The translations under genes were made by a program, and so were the position numbers. Of a stretch of 64,000 nucleotides of DNA, positions 52,163-62,718 are shown piece by piece (position 1 is the first letter of the stretch; each line of letters opens with the position of its first letter). Source of the stretch: Gammaproteobacteria bacterium. GTDB taxonomy: Bacteria; Pseudomonadota; Gammaproteobacteria; Steroidobacterales; Woeseiaceae. The notes beneath the pieces were generated by a model. The model was given only the letters and a program-made list of their open reading frames with translations. It searched no databases and was not told the DNA's origin. The stretch is taken from the NCBI GenBank assembly GCA_024639825.1, contig JAHEGH010000002.1, forward strand, positions 28,575 through 92,574. The letters run 5' to 3'.

Positions 52163-53263
52163 ATGCAACCAGACCGCCGCCCCTGGCTGATCCTCGCTCA
52201 CGCACACCTTCGTGTTCCCGACCTGCAGGCATTGCTCGAGCTGTTCGGCACCGCGGAGGCCATCGTCGACCAGCCGCGCAGCCGACTTGCCGAGACGGGG
52301 CTGTCAGACGCGAAATGCGCCGCCATCACATCCCCGGACGAACGGGCCGTGGCAGCAGAGCTGTCCTGGCTTGGCGACACCGGGCACCACCTCACCGCGT
52401 GGGGCGACGGACTTTACCCCGAGATGCTCGCGCAAATTCCCGGGGCGCCCCTGCTCCTGTACGTTAATGGTGATATCGAGGCCCTGCACCTGCCTGCCCT
52501 CGCCATCGTCGGCAGCCGTAACCCGACGCAGGGCGGCAGCCGTAACGCGCACGACTTTGCACAACACCTGGCCGCCCGCGGCTTTGCCATCGTAAGCGGG
52601 CTGGCCCAGGGTATCGACGCTGCCGCACACGAAGGCGCGATCGATGCGGGTGGCAAGACGATCGCATTTCTGGGCACTGGCATCGACCGGGTGTACCCAG
52701 CCACCAACCGCAAGCTCGCACACGCCATCGCCGCCAGCGGCGCGCTGGTGAGTGAATATCCCCTGGGCTCAGCGCCCGAACGCTGGCACTTTCCCGAGCG
52801 CAACCGGCTGATCAGCGGCGTGAGTCTCGGCACGCTGGTGGTCGAAGCCGCTCGCCGCAGCGGCTCTCTCATTACAGCGCGACTCGCCGCCGAACAGGGC
52901 CGCGAGGTATTCGCGCTCCCCGGTTCTATCCATAATCCACTGGCCCGCGGTTGCCATGAGCTCATTCGCCAAGGTGCGAAACTCGTCGAAACGGCTGGCG
53001 ACATTCTTGCCGAACTGAGCCCATTGACCGGACATATGCTGGAAACCGCCGAAGAATCGACGTTTGAGAAAGCCTCGGCCCACCTGCCCGATGACGACTA
53101 CGCGGAACTGCGCAGAGTCCTCAGCCACGATCCTGTGAGCATCGACGAACTCGAAAAACGATCTGGATTGACGATCGAGCAGCTTTCCTCCATGCTTCTG
53201 ATCCTGGAGCTCCATGGAGAAGTGGAGTCCTTGTCCGGCGGACGATATGCCCTAGCGGGCTAG
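52163..53263 (+). CDS. dprA: DNA-processing protein DprA
   Basis: IVSGLAQGIDAAAHEGA, IAFLGTGIDRVYP, FPERNRLISG and SGSLITARLAAEQGREVFALPG. Confidence 0.92.
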   Translation: MQPDRRPWLILAHAHLRVPDLQALLELFGTAEAIVDQPRSRLAETGLSDAKCAAITSPDERAVAAELSWLGDTGHHLTAWGDGLYPEMLAQIPGAPLLLYVNGDIEALHLPALAIVGSRNPTQGGSRNAHDFAQHLAARGFAIVSGLAQGIDAAAHEGAIDAGGKTIAFLGTGIDRVYPATNRKLAHAIAASGALVSEYPLGSAPERWHFPERNRLISGVSLGTLVVEAARRSGSLITARLAAEQGREVFALPGSIHNPLARGCHELIRQGAKLVETAGDILAELSPLTGHMLETAEESTFEKASAHLPDDDYAELRRVLSHDPVSIDELEKRSGLTIEQLSSMLLILELHGEVESLSGGRYALAG

Positions 53264-53306
53264 GCCGGACAGCTGAATATCGAATGTGCAAGGAGCCGCT
53301 CCAGGC

Positions 53307-53783
53307 ATGAAAGAAAACGTACTCGACGTGCTCATGTATCTCTTCGAAACCTACGTCGACGCAGAAGAAGACCCCGAACCCGATCAGAACGAACTGCGCA
53401 TCGAGCTCTCGCGAGCCGGCTTTGGCGATGCGGAAATCGAGCGCGCTCTCGAGTGGCTGGACGGTCTGACCGACCAACAGGAATGCCTGGATTACGGCAA
53501 CCAGACGGCGCACGGGACCCGCATATATAACGAGTTCGAACACGAACGACTCGATGCGAGCTGCCGCGGCTATATCACCTATCTTGAGCAAATCGGCATC
53601 CTCTCGCCACCGCAGCGCGAGATCCTCGTAGACCGGCTGCTGGCGCTTGAGACGACCGATATCGATGTCGAACAGATCAAATGGGTCGTACTGATGGTCC
53701 TGTTCAGCCAGCCTGGACAGGAGCTTGCGTATGCGCGCATGGAAGACCTTGTTTTCGAGGAAACTTCGGACCTGCTGCACTAA
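53307..53783 (+). CDS. smg: Smg (DUF494) protein
   Basis: MKENVLDVLMYLFETY... is the typical Smg N-terminus, and the gene has the conserved position between dprA and topA. Confidence 0.85.
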   Translation: MKENVLDVLMYLFETYVDAEEDPEPDQNELRIELSRAGFGDAEIERALEWLDGLTDQQECLDYGNQTAHGTRIYNEFEHERLDASCRGYITYLEQIGILSPPQREILVDRLLALETTDIDVEQIKWVVLMVLFSQPGQELAYARMEDLVFEETSDLLH

Positions 53784-53830
53784 CGCCCAAACCCGAATTC
53801 CTTGACACTCAGCGGTCAAGCATGTAATTC

Positions 53831-53864
53831 AACCGCGGCACAGACCGCGGTTTTTCTTTTTTTT
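53831..53864 (+). terminator. Rho-independent terminator after smg
   Basis: AACCGCGG-CACAGA-CCGCGGTT followed by TTTCTTTTTTTT. Confidence 0.8.
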
Positions 53865-53894
53865 GTACCTACACCCAAGGGTCGTATCTGACAG

Positions 53895-56339
53895 ATGTCA
53901 AAGAATCTCGTAATTGTTGAGTCGCCAGCCAAGGCCAGCACCATCAGCAAATACCTGGGCAAGGATTTCGATGTTCTGGCCTCGTATGGCCATGTGCGCG
54001 ACCTTGTCCCCAAGGAAGGCGCCGTCGACCCTGATAATGACTTCGCAATGAAGTACCAGGTTATCGAGCGCAATGAAAAGCACGTCAAGGCGATAATTCG
54101 GGCGCTCAAGAAGGCTGACGCGCTATATCTCGCGACTGACCCGGATCGCGAAGGTGAAGCCATTTCATGGCATCTGATCGAGCTGCTCAAGGAGAGAAAG
54201 GCCCTCGACTCGAAACAAGTGCACCGCGTGATATTTCATGAGATCACCAAGCAGGCCGTTCGGGATGCCGTCGCCAACCCTCGCGAACTGTCCGGCGATC
54301 TCGTTGGCGCCCAGCAGGCGCGTCGTGCCCTCGATTACCTCGTGGGTTTCAACCTCTCACCGCTTTTATGGAAAAAGGTACAGCGCGGTCTCAGCGCAGG
54401 ACGCGTGCAGAGCCCGGCGCTGCGGATGATCGTCGAGCGCGAACTCGAGATTGAGGCGTTCAAGGCGCGCGAATACTGGACGATCGAGGCTGACGTCAGC
54501 AAGCAGGAACAACCGTTCACCTCGCGTCTGGTCAGCTATAAGGGTGAGAAGGTCGAACAGTTCAGTTTCGAGAACGAAGACGCTGCGCGAGAAGTAGAGA
54601 AGACCCTGCTCGACGCGGCGGGTGGCGAGTTCAATGTTATCGGCGTGACCAAGCGTCAGCGTCGTCGCAATCCGGCCGCACCGTTTACGACGTCAACCCT
54701 GCAGCAGGAGGCCTCGCGAAAACTCGGATTCAACACACAGCGCACGATGCGCGTTGCGCAGAAGCTCTACGAAGGTATGGAGCTTCCGGGTGAGGGCCAG
54801 GTCGGCCTGATCTCCTACATGCGTACCGATTCGGTGACGCTTGCTAACGTTGCCGTCGACGAAATACGCGACGTCATTGCCGAGCGCTACGGCAAGCAAA
54901 ACGTTCCGGATGAACCGCGCACTTTTAAGAATAAGTCCAAGAACGCCCAGGAGGCCCACGAGGCCATTCGCCCCACATCCGTTGCGCTTATACCCGACGA
55001 GATCAAAGGCTCGCTGGATGAGGATCAGTACAAGCTGTACTCCCTGATCTGGAAGCGCACCATGGCGTGCCAGATGGTTCCAGCCGTCTTCGATACGGTC
55101 GCAATTGAGATGGCTGTTGGTGCTGAAGAAGCGGGACATCGTATGCGCGCCAATGGCTCTGTGCTCGTGGAGCCCGGCTTCATGGCTGTGTACCAGGAAG
55201 GCAAGGACGACTCCAAAGACGACGACGGAGATCGCCTGCTTCCCGAGATCGAGGAGGGCGACACGATCAAGCTCGAAGAACTGCGTCCCGAGCAGCACTT
55301 CACCGAGCCGCCCCCGCGCTTCACCGAAGCGAGCCTCGTCAAAACGCTCGAAGAGTACGGCATCGGCCGGCCTTCGACCTACGCGAGCATCATCGCAACG
55401 CTCAAAAATCGCGAATACGTCGAGATGGATGCCAAGCGCTTCATGCCGACGGACATCGGCCGCATCGTGATCGGCTTCCTGACCGAACACTTTACGCAGT
55501 ATGTCGACTACGACTTCACGGCCAGGCTCGAGGACGACCTTGATGAGGTATCCCTCGGTCATAAGGATTGGGTGCCATTGCTCGACGATTTCTGGCGTCC
55601 GTTCACGAAACTTTGCGAAGAGAAGGAAGAGTCAGTCACACGGGAACAGGTTGCACAGGCCCGTGAGCTCGGCACCGACCCGAAGAGCGGCAAACCCGTC
55701 ACCGTGCGCATGGGTCGTTACGGTCCGTTCGTGCAGATTGGCACCAAGGACGACGAAGAGAAGCCCAAATTTGCCGGGCTGCGCCCCGGTCAGAAGATGA
55801 ACGAGATCGACCTGGCCACGGCGATGGAGTTATTCAAGCTGCCGCGCAAGCTCGGCGAGACGTCCGACGGCCTGCCCGTATCCGCCAGCGTGGGGCGCTT
55901 TGGCCCGTATATCCGCTATGGCGACAAATACGTTTCGATGAAGGAAGACGATCCCTACACGGTGGAACTGCCGCGTGCGCTCGAACTCATCGAAGAGAAG
56001 AAGATTGCCGATGCCAACCGCATCATTCTCGATTTCGAGGAACAGGGCATTCAGGTGCTCAACGGGCGCTACGGACCTTACATCACGGACAAGCAGAAGA
56101 ATGCCCGTGTACCAAAGGATCGGGAGCCCAAAACACTGACGCTCGAAGAGTGCATCGAACTCCTTGCGGCGGCACCGGAGCGTGGCCGCCGTGGCAAGAA
56201 GAAAGTCGCCAAGAAAGCCGCCACCAAGGCTGCGACGAAGAAGAAAGCCACCAAGAAGAAGGCAAAGAAGAAGGCGAAGAAGAAAACCGCCAGGAAAAAG
56301 GCCACCAAGAAAAAGGTGGCCAAGAAAAAGAGCAGCTAA
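53895..56339 (+). CDS. topA: DNA topoisomerase I (zinc-finger-free C-terminal repeats and a Lys-rich tail)
   Basis: Toprim N-terminus ([18 protein letters not shown]), active-site region ([10 protein letters not shown]), three GRYGPF/GRFGPY/GRYGPY C-terminal repeats and a 45-aa K/A/T tail. Confidence 0.93.
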   Translation: MSKNLVIVESPAKASTISKYLGKDFDVLASYGHVRDLVPKEGAVDPDNDFAMKYQVIERNEKHVKAIIRALKKADALYLATDPDREGEAISWHLIELLKERKALDSKQVHRVIFHEITKQAVRDAVANPRELSGDLVGAQQARRALDYLVGFNLSPLLWKKVQRGLSAGRVQSPALRMIVERELEIEAFKAREYWTIEADVSKQEQPFTSRLVSYKGEKVEQFSFENEDAAREVEKTLLDAAGGEFNVIGVTKRQRRRNPAAPFTTSTLQQEASRKLGFNTQRTMRVAQKLYEGMELPGEGQVGLISYMRTDSVTLANVAVDEIRDVIAERYGKQNVPDEPRTFKNKSKNAQEAHEAIRPTSVALIPDEIKGSLDEDQYKLYSLIWKRTMACQMVPAVFDTVAIEMAVGAEEAGHRMRANGSVLVEPGFMAVYQEGKDDSKDDDGDRLLPEIEEGDTIKLEELRPEQHFTEPPPRFTEASLVKTLEEYGIGRPSTYASIIATLKNREYVEMDAKRFMPTDIGRIVIGFLTEHFTQYVDYDFTARLEDDLDEVSLGHKDWVPLLDDFWRPFTKLCEEKEESVTREQVAQARELGTDPKSGKPVTVRMGRYGPFVQIGTKDDEEKPKFAGLRPGQKMNEIDLATAMELFKLPRKLGETSDGLPVSASVGRFGPYIRYGDKYVSMKEDDPYTVELPRALELIEEKKIADANRIILDFEEQGIQVLNGRYGPYITDKQKNARVPKDREPKTLTLEECIELLAAAPERGRRGKKKVAKKAATKAATKKKATKKKAKKKAKKKTARKKATKKKVAKKKSS

Positions 56340-56428
56340 ACGACGATGTCCGGGTCACTCGCTGCGGATGTTCCGCTGCGCGGCAGGCCTACGGCACGCA
56401 ACTGGAACATCCTGCGACCGCGAACTCC

Positions 56429-57340
56429 ATGAGCAACATCGACGACGTAAAGGCCTACCTCGCGAACCTGCAGAACCGCATCTGTGCAGAGCTCGAGACG
56501 GTGGACGGCAAAGCGACTTTTGCCCGGGATGCCTGGGAACGACCAGGCGGCGGCGGCGGCGAAAGCCGGATTCTGTCAGATGGCGGCGTATTCGAGCAGG
56601 CCGGCGTCGGTTTCTCGCATGTTTTTGGCACGCAGATGCCGCCATCGGCGACCAAAAGCCGTCCCGAGCTCGCCGGCAAGGCTTTCCAGGCTGTCGGGGT
56701 GTCGCTCGTTTTGCATCCGCGCAATCCTTACGTGCCAACAACACATGCCAATTTTCGCTTCTTCACAGCCGGCAAGCGAAATCCTGTCTGGTGGTTTGGC
56801 GGCGGCTTCGACCTTACGCCTTACTATCCATTCCACGATGACGTCGTACACTGGCACACCGTCGCGAAATCGGTGTGCGATCCGTTCGGTAAGGACCTGT
56901 ACCCCCGCTATAAGCAGTGGTGCGATGAGTACTTTTACCTGAAACACCGCGATGAGCCACGCGGCGTTGGCGGCCTGTTTTTTGATGACGTAAACGAGAT
57001 GGGATTCGATAAAAGCTTCGAGTTCATCCGCTCCGCCGCAGACAATTTCCTGAAAGCTTACAGACCGATTGTCGACAAGCGAGTGTCGCACCCTTACGGG
57101 AAACGGCAGCGCGACTTCCAGCAATATCGGCGCGGCCGCTACGTGGAGTTCAATCTGCTCTACGATCGCGGAACGCTGTTTGGTTTGCAGTCAGGCGGAC
57201 GTACCGAGTCTATCCTGATGTCCTTGCCCCCCACCGTTCGCTGGGCCTACAACTGGCAGCCGGAAGCCGGATCGCCCGAGGAAGCTCTGTACACTGATTT
57301 TTTGCGCGCCCGCGACTGGCTTGGGCAAGAAAGCACCTGA
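56429..57340 (+). CDS. hemF: Oxygen-dependent coproporphyrinogen III oxidase
   Basis: [55 protein letters not shown]. Start taken at MSNIDDV; the longer ORF overlaps the topA tail. Confidence 0.92.
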   Translation: MSNIDDVKAYLANLQNRICAELETVDGKATFARDAWERPGGGGGESRILSDGGVFEQAGVGFSHVFGTQMPPSATKSRPELAGKAFQAVGVSLVLHPRNPYVPTTHANFRFFTAGKRNPVWWFGGGFDLTPYYPFHDDVVHWHTVAKSVCDPFGKDLYPRYKQWCDEYFYLKHRDEPRGVGGLFFDDVNEMGFDKSFEFIRSAADNFLKAYRPIVDKRVSHPYGKRQRDFQQYRRGRYVEFNLLYDRGTLFGLQSGGRTESILMSLPPTVRWAYNWQPEAGSPEEALYTDFLRARDWLGQEST

Positions 57341-57418
57341 TTCGACGCAACTTTTCGTGTCCTGCAGGCATCCAACCATACACGCACAAAAACTGTCACG
57401 CTCAAGGGAGATTAGGGA

Positions 57419-58561
57419 ATGAGACCTGCGCACCTGTTGGACCAACGCCTTATAGCCGCCGTTGTCGGCGTCACCGTATCACTGCCGGTTCTTGCGGAAG
57501 AATACGATGTCGGCGTGTCGAACAGCGGTGCGACCGCGACGCCCGTTGAGCAGCTGGCGCCAGCGTACCCCGAGGGGCAGATGAATACCGGCCAGGAAGG
57601 CTGGGTCAGGATGCATTTTGTTGTTTCTGCTGAAGGCGACGCTATCGATCCCATCGTCGTCGACTCAAGTGGTGGCCCCAGCTTCGAGGCGGAGGCCCTT
57701 AAGGCCGCCGCCGCCTGGCGATTCGCCCCACCCGCATCGGGTAATGAGGACGGGCACAACCTGGCCAACATTCGCTCCGAGGTGAGCGGCAGCCGCGACT
57801 CGGCTACGAAAAGTTTCCGTCGCGAGCACCAGCGCATCGTTCTCGACCTCGTCAACGAGAAAAATGAGGATGCGCGCAACAAGATCGACGAGCTCCGCGC
57901 AGCGGGCGGCTTCAACACCTATGAAGCCACGATGCTGTGGCTCATGATGGGACGTGTTGAGGGCGTCGAGAACAACGACGCCGGCAAGCTCGAGTGTTAT
58001 CGCCGGGCCCTTGCCGTTAGCACGTCCAGTACGCTGCGTATTGAGAACAAGCTGGGCCTGCTTGAGAAAATTTTCCAGCTTGAGGACCAGTTTGGCCATT
58101 ACTCTGCGGCGCTGCAGACCTTCCGTACGCTGGAAAAAGCGAGCGGCAAGACCGCGGTTGACGAAGAATTGTCCGCGCGTGCCGCGGAAATTCAGGCGTT
58201 TGTCGACAGCGAGGCTGATCTCGTCACTCAGGCAACCGTCTACAATCCCTGCGATTGCGATGCTGGCACCCCACTTTGGTACTACAAGCCGGCGAGACGG
58301 ACATTCTCTTTTGCCAACCTGAGTGGTAACGTCCAAAGCTTTGAAGCACGGTGCGAATATCAGCGCGTCCAGGGTCCGGTTGAAGCTGGCACCAAATGGA
58401 CGCTGGCGCCAGAGTGGGGCAGTTGCCGCGTCTTCGTCTTCGGCGATGACGGTGCAACGTTCGAATTCGTCGAACACCCTGCCGGTGCTGAAGATGGCGC
58501 GCCAAATGCGGTAGCGGAAGACGATGTCCTGGATCGAAGAAGTCGAGGTCAGCGAAGCTGA
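57419..58561 (+). CDS. Exported TonB C-terminal-domain protein with a helical-repeat and Cys-containing C-terminal region
   Basis: Signal peptide and a TonB_C-like module (APAYPEGQMNTGQEGWVRMHFVVSAEGDAIDPIVVDSSGGPSFEAEALKAAAAWRFAPP). Confidence 0.6.
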   Translation: MRPAHLLDQRLIAAVVGVTVSLPVLAEEYDVGVSNSGATATPVEQLAPAYPEGQMNTGQEGWVRMHFVVSAEGDAIDPIVVDSSGGPSFEAEALKAAAAWRFAPPASGNEDGHNLANIRSEVSGSRDSATKSFRREHQRIVLDLVNEKNEDARNKIDELRAAGGFNTYEATMLWLMMGRVEGVENNDAGKLECYRRALAVSTSSTLRIENKLGLLEKIFQLEDQFGHYSAALQTFRTLEKASGKTAVDEELSARAAEIQAFVDSEADLVTQATVYNPCDCDAGTPLWYYKPARRTFSFANLSGNVQSFEARCEYQRVQGPVEAGTKWTLAPEWGSCRVFVFGDDGATFEFVEHPAGAEDGAPNAVAEDDVLDRRSRGQRS

Positions 58562-59084
58562 CGGAAATCTGGCAGAAATTTACGCGCAGCTGAAGAAGCA
58601 GCGCGGCAAGGTCTCCAATATACTCAAGGTTCACAGCCTGAACCCGGCTGCGCTGGGTAACCATCTCGATTTGTATATGACGCTGATGTTCGGCAGGTCC
58701 GGCCTCAGCCGCATGGAGCGGGAAGCCATTGCCGTGGTCGTTTCAGCAAACAACGAGTGTGAGTATTGCGTCAATCACCATACCGAATCCCTGCGTCATT
58801 ACATCGAGGACGAGGAAATACTGACCATGCTAGCGACGGCAGACGGCCTCGAGACCCTCGAGCCGCGGCTCAGCAATGTCGTTCGACATGCCGAAAAACT
58901 CACATCCGCGCCGGGCGCCATGACCGAGAGCGACCTCGGCGAGCTGCGTGCCGTGGGCCTGTCAGACAAGGACATCCTCGACCTTACCCTGATTGTCGGC
59001 TACTTCAATTTCGTCAACCGCATTGCTATGGGGCTGGGCGTCGACTTTTCGGCGGACGAATTGAGCGGCTACCACAACGAATAA
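58524..59084 (+). CDS. AhpD-like / carboxymuconolactone decarboxylase family peroxidase-related protein
   Basis: N-terminal MSWIEEVEVSEADGNLAEIY and a CxxC-H motif (NECEYCVNHH). Its start overlaps the end of the upstream gene by 38 nt. Confidence 0.7.
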   Translation: MSWIEEVEVSEADGNLAEIYAQLKKQRGKVSNILKVHSLNPAALGNHLDLYMTLMFGRSGLSRMEREAIAVVVSANNECEYCVNHHTESLRHYIEDEEILTMLATADGLETLEPRLSNVVRHAEKLTSAPGAMTESDLGELRAVGLSDKDILDLTLIVGYFNFVNRIAMGLGVDFSADELSGYHNE

Positions 59085-59088
59085 CGCC

Positions 59089-62000
59089 ATGACCCTGCAA
59101 CGCCTGATACTGCTGAGTACCCTGCTGTCGATCGCCGTCGATGGCCTGGCACAAACCGAGTCCGCACTGCGCGACGCAGGCAATGTAACGGTGCAGTTGG
59201 CCGGCCAGGACAACGCGGACGAAACCAGGGTCTATATAGTGCAGCTGCAGTCGCCCTCGGCCGCGGAGCGCCAGGCGTCGCTGGCGATGCCGCGCATGAA
59301 GTTCGACAAGACCAGCGCCTCGGCTAAAGCCTGGGTTGCTGACATTGAGGCGGAGCAGGAGCGTGTGCTTGCCAAGGCCGGGCCGGGCGTAAAACAGATT
59401 TACAGCTATCGATTCGGCCTGAACGGATTCGCCGCCCGCATGAGTGTCACGCAGGCGCAGAAGCTCGAACATCTGCCTGAGGTACTGCACGTCTGGGAGG
59501 ACGAGGTACGCCCGTTGGCCACAAACTACAGCCCGACATTTCTCGGTCTGTTCGATGCCAACACCGGCCTGCGCAGCGTCGAAGGACTCGATGGAGACGG
59601 CGTAGTCATCGGTGTCATCGACAGCGGTATCGCTCCCGAGCACCCGGCGCTGCAGGACACCCGCGAGGCCGATAAACCGCGTGCCTGTAAGAGCAGCTGG
59701 GGCGAGACAACGATTCTTGGCAAATGGCTGTGCCGTGGGTACAAGAAGCTGCCCGATGTTGTAGCCTTCGAGCCGCCGGAGGGCTGGAACGGTGATTGCA
59801 TAGTCGGCGATCGATTTGAAACGACCGACTGCAACAACAAACTGATCGGAGCACGCTGGTATATCAACGGGGCCCTCGAAACCGGCCCGATTGACGCTGA
59901 TGAAATTCGCTCGCCACGCGATGCGGACGGGCACGGTACGCACACGGCAACAATAGCGGCGGGTAATCGTACGAGCGCGTCGCTGTTCGGAACGCTCGTT
60001 GGTGACGTCGAGGGCGTCGCTCCCAAGGCCCGGATTGCCGTTTACAAGGCCTGCTGGCTCCGCCCGGGCGCTACACGGGCGAGCTGCAATACCTCCGACC
60101 TCGCCAACGCCATCGATGCGGCTGTCGCCGACGGCGTCGATGTCATTAGCTACTCGGTCGGAAGCTCCCTGGCACGAACGACCGCACCAGACGACCTGGC
60201 GCTTCTCGCGGCGGCCAAGGCCGGCGTGCTTGCCGTCGTGGCCGCGGGTAACGAGGGGCCGAACCTCGGAACAATCGGCTCTCCCGCCGGTGGGCCCTGG
60301 GCAATCACCACAGCCGCGTCTACGCGCGATGGCGAATCCAATGTAGAGGCAATGGAGATCACTGCGCCGCCGCGGATTGCCGGCAAATACGCCGTGAAGG
60401 AAGCGAATTTCACGCCGCCCCTACAGGACGTCGATCCGATTGAGGCGAGTCTCGTGGCTGTCGATGACGGTGACACCTCGCTCGATACCGGGGAGATCGG
60501 AACCGAAGCCGACGGCTGCCAGCCGCTGCTCAACGGCGACGAGGTGAGTGGCAATATTGCGCTCCTTCAGCGGACCGGCTGCCGTTTCGACGAAATGGTC
60601 AGGAATGCGGCCGATGCCGGTGCCGTTGCTGCCATTGTGTACAACATCGGTCGTGATCCCATCGTCATGAGCGGGGACTCCGGGCTCTCCGACATTCCGG
60701 CACTCATGATCGGGCAGGCTGATGCCAGTCTGATTCTTGCCGAGTTCGACGAAGGTATCTCCGTCACCGCCGTGCTCGACAAGGGCTTCCTGCTGACATC
60801 AAACGACGCCGGCAACACGATGGCCACGTTTTCAGCGCGCGGTCCCGGACCTGTACCCGATATCTTGAAGCCCGATGTGACCGCACCCGGCGTGAATATT
60901 CTCGCCGGGTTTACGCCGGACTCTGCGCATTCAACACCGGGCGAGTTCTTTGCCTACTTGAGCGGCACATCGATGTCGACGCCACATGTCGCTGGCGCAG
61001 CCGCGCTGCTCCGCCAGGCGCACCCTGAGTGGTCGCCCGCCGCGATCAAGTCCGCGCTCATGACGTCCGCTCGCCAGGACATTACAAGTTCAGCCGGCCT
61101 AAGCGACGCGAGCCCGTTCGATTTCGGCGCGGGTCATATCGCGCCTAACGATGCATTCGATCCGGGTCTCGTCTATGACATCACAAACGCCGAATACGAT
61201 GCATACGTTGCGGACATGTCCGGGCTGGCCCGAAACCTCAACCTGCCATCGATCGCGATGTCGAAACTGGCCAGCGCACAAACCGTTACGCGGCGCGTGA
61301 CCAATGTCAGCGATGAGGCCGGCAATTACACAGTAGAGATTTCCGCCCCGCCAGGCATGGACGTTGCTGTTGTGCCAAGCAGTATTTCATTGGCACCCGG
61401 CGAATCGACAACCTTCGAGGTGACAGTCACCTATTTATCGGGGCCGCTCGACCTCTGGCGCTTCGGTTCGTTTACATGGCGATCCGATACGCGTGACGTT
61501 TACAGCCCGATAGCGGTCAAACCGACATCGATTGTCGCGCCCGAAGAAATTACGACCTTTGGCGGCACCGGCACACTGAACTTCGATGTTGAGTTCGGTT
61601 ATTCCGGCGGCTACTCGCCACAGGTTCACGGACTGAACCTGCCGCTGATTATCAACGGCTTCGTCGACAACGATCCGACAAAGACATTCACATTCCGCAC
61701 GGACTCCGGTGTTACGCGACACATAATTTCTGTGCCTGCGGATCAGCTCTACGCTCGCTTCGCGCTGTTTGATGCTTTGACAGACGGTGACGACGACCTC
61801 GACCTGTATGTCTACTACTGCGGCACTACCGGCACCAGTTGCACGAAAATTGGCGAGAGCGGCGAACCAACCTCGCAGGAACGCGTCGATGTATACCGGC
61901 CCGCCGAGGGTCTCTATGCCGTGTTTGTGCACGGCTTCGAAACCGACGAGATTGCGGGCGGACCGGGCGCGAACTACCAGCTGTTGGGGTGGTCCATTGG

Positions 62001-62181
62001 CATCACCGACGACAAGGGCAACATGACAGCCAGCGGTCCGGCATTTGTCAGTGCCGGCACCTCCGGCACCGTGACCGTCAACTGGTCAAACCTGGGCGCC
62101 AATACGATTTACCTCGGCGGCATCTCGCACAACACGCCGCTGGGCCTGTCCAGCCTGACCCTGATCACGATCGGCAACTAG
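59089..62181 (+). CDS. Secreted S8 (subtilisin-like) serine peptidase with I9 propeptide and PA-type insert
   Basis: Signal peptide and catalytic D (VIGVIDSGI), H (DADGHGTHTA) and S (SGTSMSTPHVAG). 1030 aa with a long C-terminal beta-rich extension. Confidence 0.88.
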   Translation: MTLQRLILLSTLLSIAVDGLAQTESALRDAGNVTVQLAGQDNADETRVYIVQLQSPSAAERQASLAMPRMKFDKTSASAKAWVADIEAEQERVLAKAGPGVKQIYSYRFGLNGFAARMSVTQAQKLEHLPEVLHVWEDEVRPLATNYSPTFLGLFDANTGLRSVEGLDGDGVVIGVIDSGIAPEHPALQDTREADKPRACKSSWGETTILGKWLCRGYKKLPDVVAFEPPEGWNGDCIVGDRFETTDCNNKLIGARWYINGALETGPIDADEIRSPRDADGHGTHTATIAAGNRTSASLFGTLVGDVEGVAPKARIAVYKACWLRPGATRASCNTSDLANAIDAAVADGVDVISYSVGSSLARTTAPDDLALLAAAKAGVLAVVAAGNEGPNLGTIGSPAGGPWAITTAASTRDGESNVEAMEITAPPRIAGKYAVKEANFTPPLQDVDPIEASLVAVDDGDTSLDTGEIGTEADGCQPLLNGDEVSGNIALLQRTGCRFDEMVRNAADAGAVAAIVYNIGRDPIVMSGDSGLSDIPALMIGQADASLILAEFDEGISVTAVLDKGFLLTSNDAGNTMATFSARGPGPVPDILKPDVTAPGVNILAGFTPDSAHSTPGEFFAYLSGTSMSTPHVAGAAALLRQAHPEWSPAAIKSALMTSARQDITSSAGLSDASPFDFGAGHIAPNDAFDPGLVYDITNAEYDAYVADMSGLARNLNLPSIAMSKLASAQTVTRRVTNVSDEAGNYTVEISAPPGMDVAVVPSSISLAPGESTTFEVTVTYLSGPLDLWRFGSFTWRSDTRDVYSPIAVKPTSIVAPEEITTFGGTGTLNFDVEFGYSGGYSPQVHGLNLPLIINGFVDNDPTKTFTFRTDSGVTRHIISVPADQLYARFALFDALTDGDDDLDLYVYYCGTTGTSCTKIGESGEPTSQERVDVYRPAEGLYAVFVHGFETDEIAGGPGANYQLLGWSIGITDDKGNMTASGPAFVSAGTSGTVTVNWSNLGANTIYLGGISHNTPLGLSSLTLITIGN

Positions 62182-62621
62182 CTCAACCAGCCTTTCGCTT
62201 TTGCGGCACGCGTATACCAGATCTCGAATACACAGATCACGATGACAACGATCGGCAGCGCTAACCCGGAAGGACCCCACGCCTCGATGGCGTCGCGCAG
62301 TATGATGGCGTCGAGATCCTGAACCAGCACCCCGACCAGCGATATCACGAACAACGGCATCGCCCAGGCCTTGCGCAGCAATAATAGAATTGCGCCGAGC
62401 ACGCCAGCGTTGACCGCGATCGCGTAGCCGGAATGCCCCCAGGCGGGCGTGTTCGTGATGTGTGCCATCTGCTGTGGCGTGAGGCCGAGATCCATCATGA
62501 TTTCCGGCGTCAGCGTCGACTGCTGGTAATAGAACATCAGGCCAATGACGTTCCAGACCAGCAGTGCGCCAGCAATAACCCAGTAAGCGGTTGACGGTTT
62601 ACTTGTTGATTCTTCTGTCAT
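62178..62621 (-). CDS. Hypothetical four-helix membrane protein
   Basis: Start taken at MTEESTSKPSTAYWVIAGALLVWNVIGL. Four hydrophobic helices. No family recognised. Confidence 0.45.
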   Translation of the reverse strand: MTEESTSKPSTAYWVIAGALLVWNVIGLMFYYQQSTLTPEIMMDLGLTPQQMAHITNTPAWGHSGYAIAVNAGVLGAILLLLRKAWAMPLFVISLVGVLVQDLDAIILRDAIEAWGPSGLALPIVVIVICVFEIWYTRAAKAKGWLS

Positions 62622-62718
62622 TTTATTCCCCTTCAAGCAATTTTTTAGCTCAGCACCTATACTGGATTGTAATCGGTAATTCTGCCGGGAACGCAAAAAT
62701 TAATGTGAGAATAATAAT

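Noticed and set aside
54693-55562. 289-aa minus-strand ORF inside topA.
   Set aside because: It lies antisense to a strongly supported topoisomerase I gene and has no motifs.
56190-56335. Low-complexity AAG/GCC-rich DNA, considered as a possible repeat array or CRISPR-like structure.
   Set aside because: It has no regular repeat-spacer periodicity. It simply encodes the Lys/Ala/Thr-rich tail of TopA in frame.
56150-56428. Upstream extension of the hemF ORF, and several ORFs on both strands over the topA tail.
   Set aside because: They are produced by the AAG/AAA-rich Lys-tail coding DNA. HemF homology starts at MSNIDDV (56429).
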